A stretch of 64,000 nt of DNA, from the NCBI GenBank assembly GCA_030390025.1, contig JASTWF010000324.1, forward strand, positions 248,001 to 312,000, in the 5' to 3' direction. Numbering within the stretch: the stretch's first letter is position 1; the number at the start of each line of letters is the position of its first letter. Under the pieces are notes generated by a model, which was not told the origin of the DNA, ran no database searches, and saw nothing but the letters and a program-made list of their open reading frames with translations. A program made the position numbers and the translations under genes. Shown one piece after another: positions 58,801 through 64,000 of the stretch. Source of the DNA: Squalus acanthias. Taxonomy: Eukaryota.

Positions 58801-61800
58801 AGAGACTGAGAGAGAATCATAGAGACTGAGAGTGAATCAGAGAGACTGAGAGAGAATCAGAGAGACTGAGAGAGAATCAGAGAGACTGAGAGAGAATCAG
58901 AGAGACTGAGAGAGAATCGGAGAGACTGAGAGAGAATCAGAGAGACTGAAAGAGAATCAGAGACTGAGAGAGAATCAGAGACTGAGAGAGAATCAGAGAG
59001 ACTGAGAGAGAATCAGAGACTGAGAGAGAATCAGAGAGACTGAGAGAGAATCAGAGAGACTGAGAGAGAATCAGAGACTGAGAGAGAATCAGAGAGACTG
59101 AGAGAGAATCAGAGAGACTGAGAGAGAATCAGGGAGACTGAGAGAGAATCAGAGACTGAGCGAGAATCAGAGAGACTGAGAGAGAATCAGAGAGACTGAG
59201 AGAGAATCAAAGAGACTGAGAGAGAATCAGAGAGACTGAGAGAGAATCAGAGAGACTGAGAGAGAATCAGGGAGACTGAGAGAGAATCAGAGACTGAGAG
59301 AGTATCAGAGAGACTGAGAGAGAATCAGAGAGAATGAGAGACAATCAGAGAGACTGAGAGAGAATCAGAGAGACTGAGAGAGAATCAGAGACTGAGGAGA
59401 ATCAGAGAGCCTGAGAGAGAATCAGAGACTGAGAGAGAATCAGAGAGACTGTGAGAGAATCAGGGAGACTGAGAGAGAATCAGAGACTGAGAGAGAATCA
59501 GAGAGACTGAGAGAGAATCAGAGACTGAGGGAGAATCAAATACTGAGAGAGAATCAGAGACTGAGAGAGAATCAGAGAGACTGAGAGAGAATCAGAGACT
59601 GAGAGAGAATCAGAGACTGAGAGAGAATCAGAGAGACTGAGAGAGAATCAGAGAGACTGAGAGAGAATCAGAGAGACTGAGAGAGAATCAGAGAGACTGA
59701 GAGAGAATCAGAGACTGAGAGAGAATCAGAGAGACTGAGAGAGAATCAGAGACTGAGGGAGAATCAGATACTGAGAGAGAATCAGAGACTGAGAGAGAAT
59801 CAGAGAGACTGAGAGAGAATCAGAGACTGAGAGAGAATCAGAGACTGAGAGAGAATCAGAGAGACTGAGAGAGAATCAGAGAGACTGAGAGAGAATCAGA
59901 GAGACTGAGAGAGAATCAGAGAGACTGAGAGAGAATCAGAGAGACTGAGAGAGAATCAGAGAGACTGAGAGAGAATCAGAGACTGAGAGAGAATCAGAGA
60001 GACTGAGAGAGAATCAGAGAATGCGAGAGAATCAGAGAGACTGAGAGAGAATCAGAGACTGAGAGAGAATCAGAGAGACTGAGAGAGAATCAGAGAGACT
60101 GAGAGAGAATCAGAGACTGCGAGAGAATCAGAGACTGAGAGAGAATCAGAGACTGAGAGAAAATCAGAGACTGAGAGAGAATCAGAGACTGAGAGAGAAT
60201 CAGAGACTGAGAGAGAATCAGAGAGACTGAGAGAGAATCAGAGACTGAGAGAGAATCAGAGACTGAGAGAGAATCAGAGACTGAGAGAGAATCAGAGAGA
60301 CTGAGAGAGAATCAGAGAGACTGAGAGAGAATCAGAGACTGAGAGAGAATCAGAGACTGAGAGAATCAGAGACTGAGAGAGAATCAGAGAGACTGAGAGA
60401 GAATCAGAGAGACTGAGAGAGAATCAGAGAGACTGAGAGAGAATCAGAGAGACTGAGAGAGAATCAGAGACTGAGAGAGAATCAGAGACTGAGAGAGGAT
60501 CAGAGAGACTGAGAGAGAATCAGAGAGACTGAGAGAGAATCAGAGAGACTGAGAGAGAATCAGAGAGACTGAGAGAGAATCAGAGAGACTGAGAGAGAAT
60601 CAGAGAGACTGAGAGAGAATCAGAGAGACTGAGAGAGAATCAGAGAGACTGAGAGAGAATCAGAGACTGAGAGAGAATCAGAGAGACTGAGAGAGAATCA
60701 GAGAGACTGAGAGAGAATCAGAGAGACAGAGAGAGAATCAGAGACTGAGAGAGAATCAGAGACTGAGAGAGAATCAGAGACTGAGAGAGAATCACAGACT
60801 GAGAGAGAATCAGAGAGACTGAGAGAGAATCAGAGAGACTGAGAGAGAATCAGAGAGACTGAGAGAGAATCAGAGACTGAGAGAGAATCAGAGACTGAGA
60901 GAGAATCAGAGACTGAGAGAGAATCAGAGAGACTGAGAGAGAATCAGAGAGACTGAGAGAGAATCAGAGACTGAGAGAGAATCAGAGAGACTGAGAGAGA
61001 ATCAGAGAGACTAAGAGAGAATCAGAGAGACTGAGAGAGAATCAGAGAGACTGAGAGAGAATCAGAGAGACTGAGAGAGAATCAGAGAGACTGAGAGAGA
61101 ATCAGAGAGACTCAGAGAGAATCAGAGACTGAGAGAGAATCAGAGAGACTGAGAGAGAATCAGAGAGACTGAGAGAGAATCAGAGACTGAGAGAGAATCA
61201 ATAGAGACTGAGAGAGAATCAGAGAGACAGAGAGAATCAGAGACTGAGAGAGAATCAGAGAGACTGAGAGAGAATCAGAGAGACTGAGAGAGAATCAGAG
61301 AGACTGAGATAGAATCAGAGAGACTGAGAGAGAATCAGAGAGACTGAGAGAGAATCAGAGAGACTGAGAGAGAATCAGAGACTGAGAGAGAATCAGAGAG
61401 ACTGAGAGAGAATCAGAGAGACTGAGAGAGAATCAGAGACTGAGAGAGAATCAGAGAGACTGAGAGAGAATCAGAGACTGAGAGAGAGTCAGAGACTGAG
61501 AGAGAATCAGAGACTGAGAGAGAATCAGAGAGACTGAGAGAGAATCAGAGACTGAGAGAGAATCAGAGAGACTGAGAGAGAATCAGAGACTGAGAGAGAA
61601 TCAGAGAGACTGTGAGAGAATCAGAGAGACTGAGAGAGAATCAGAGAGACTGAGAGAGAATCAGGGAGACTGAGAGAGAATCAGAGACTGAGAGAGTATC
61701 AGAGAGACTGAGAGAGAATCAGAGAGAATGAGAGACAATCAGAGAGACTGAGAGAGAATCAGAGAGACTGAGAGAGAATCAGAGACTGAGGGAGAATCAG

Positions 61801-64000
61801 AGAGCCTGAGAGAGAATCAGAGACTGAGAGAGAATCAGAGAGACTGTGAGAGAATCAGGGAGACTGAGAGAGAATCAGAGACTGAGAGAGAATCAGAGAG
61901 ACTGAGAGAGAATCAGAGACTGAGGGAGAATCAAATACTGAGAGAGAATCAGAGACTGAGAGAGAATCAGAGAGACTGAGAGAGAATCAGAGACTGAGAG
62001 AGAATCAGAGACTGAGAGAGAATCAGAGAGACTGAGAGAGAATCAGAGAGACTGAGAGAGAATCAGAGAGACTGAGAGAGAATCAGAGAGACTGAGAGAG
62101 AATCAGAGACTGAGAGAGAATCAGAGAGACTGAGAGAGAATCAGAGACTGAGGGAGAATCAGATACTGAGAGAGAATCAGAGACTGAGAGAGAATCAGAG
62201 AGACTGAGAGAGAATCAGAGACTGAGAGAGAATCAGAGACTGAGAGAGAATCAGAGAGACTGGGAGAGAATCAGAGAGACTGAGAGAGAATCAGAGAGAC
62301 TGAGAGAGAATCAGAGAGACTGAGAGAGAATCAGAGAGACTGAGAGAGAATCAGAGAGACTGAGAGAGAATCAGAGACTGAGAGAGAATCAGAGAGACTG
62401 AGAGAGAATCAGAGAATGCGAGAGAATCAGAGAGACTGAGAGAGAATCAGAGACTGAGAGAGAATCAGAGAGACTGAGAGAGAATCAGAGAGACTGAGAG
62501 AGAATCAGAGACTGCGAGAGAATCAGAGACTGAGAGAGAATCAGAGACTGAGAGAAAATCAGAGACTGAGAGAGAATCAGAGACTGAGAGAGAATCAGAG
62601 ACTGAGAGAGAATCAGAGAGACTGAGAGAGAATCAGAGACTGAGAGAGAATCAGAGACTGAGAGAGAATCAGAGACTGAGAGAGAATCAGAGAGACTGAG
62701 AGAGAATCAGAGAGACTGAGAGAGAATCAGAGACTGAGAGAGAATCAGAGACTGAGAGAATCAGAGACTGAGAGAGAATCAGAGAGACTGAGAGAGAATC
62801 AGAGAGACTGAGAGAGAATCAGAGAGACTGAGAGAGAATCAGAGAGACTGAGAGAGAATCAGAGACTGAGAGAGAATCAGAGACTGAGAGAGGATCAGAG
62901 AGACTGAGAGAGAATCAGAGAGACTGAGAGAGAATCAGAGAGACTGAGAGAGAATCAGAGAGACTGAGAGAGAATCAGAGAGACTGAGAGAGAATCAGAG
63001 AGACTGAGAGAGAATCAGAGAGACTGAGAGAGAATCAGAGAGACTGAGAGAGAATCAGAGACTGAGAGAGAATCAGAGAGACTGAGAGAGAATCAGAGAG
63101 ACTGAGAGAGAATCAGAGAGACAGAGAGAGAATCAGAGACTGAGAGAGAATCAGAGACTGAGAGAGAATCAGAGACTGAGAGAGAATCACAGACTGAGAG
63201 AGAATCAGAGAGACTGAGAGAGAATCAGAGAGACTGAGAGAGAATCAGAGAGACTGAGAGAGAATCAGAGACTGAGAGAGAATCAGAGACTGAGAGAGAA
63301 TCAGAGACTGAGAGAGAATCAGAGAGACTGAGAGAGAATCAGAGAGACTGAGAGAGAATCAGAGACTGAGAGAGAATCAGAGAGACTGAGAGAGAATCAG
63401 AGAGACTAAGAGAGAATCAGAGAGACTGAGAGAGAATCAGAGAGACTGAGAGAGAATCAGAGAGACTGAGAGAGAATCAGAGAGACTGAGAGAGAATCAG
63501 AGAGACTCAGAGAGAATCAGAGACTGAGAGAGAATCAGAGAGACTGAGAGAGAATCAGAGAGACTGAGAGAGAATCAGAGACTGAGAGAGAATCAAATAG
63601 AGACTGAGAGAGAATCAGAGAGACAGAGAGAATCAGAGACTGAGAGAGAATCAGAGAGACTGAGAGAGAATCAGAGAGACTGAGAGAGAATCAGAGAGAC
63701 TGAGATAGAATCAGAGAGACTGAGAGAGAATCAGAGAGACTGAGAGAGAATCAGAGAGACTGAGAGAGAATCAGAGACTGAGAGAGAATCAGAGAGACTG
63801 AGAGAGAATCAGAGAGACTGAGAGAGAATCAGAGACTGAGAGAGAATCAGAGAGACTGAGAGAGAATCAGAGACTGAGAGAGAGTCAGAGACTGAGAGAG
63901 AATCAGAGACTGAGAGAGAATCAGAGAGACTGAGAGAGAATCAGAGACTGAGAGAGAATCAGAGAGACTGAGAGAGAATCAGAGACTGAGAGAGAATCAG
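52833..64000. repeat. 18/20-bp GA-rich satellite (CTGAGAGAGAATCAGAGA[GA])n, runs off the right edge
   Basis: More than 11 kb of mixed 18-bp and 20-bp units. Confidence 0.98.

Overview
Repeat-dominated vertebrate genomic DNA, probably from a cartilaginous fish (inferred from the DeuSINE, CR1/L2 and satellite content). I recognised no host gene. Two large satellites (1-16113, 30-bp unit; 52833-64000, 18/20-bp units) bracket a nest of L2/CR1 LINE fragments, DeuSINEs, minisatellites, Penelope-like palindromes and a MITE. The centrepiece is an apparently intact, very young 12.66-kb provirus (35551-48212) inserted into a minus-strand CR1. It has 1.64-kb LTRs that differ visibly only by one A, a 4-bp TSD (TGCC), a tRNA-Ser-like PBS overlapping the gag ATG, and a gag with an overlapping PSAP/PPxY late domain. 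Gag and pol are in frame across a UGA-CUAG readthrough signal. Pol has the retrovirus layout PR-RT-dead RNase H (tether)-RNase H-IN plus a long tail. The 782-aa env looks like a paramyxo/pneumovirus F-type class I fusogen rather than a retroviral SU/TM, and carries an apparent Ig-like domain at its N-terminus. The best interpretation is a lokiretrovirus-like endogenous element that may still be replication-competent. The long ORFs in the satellites are artefacts.
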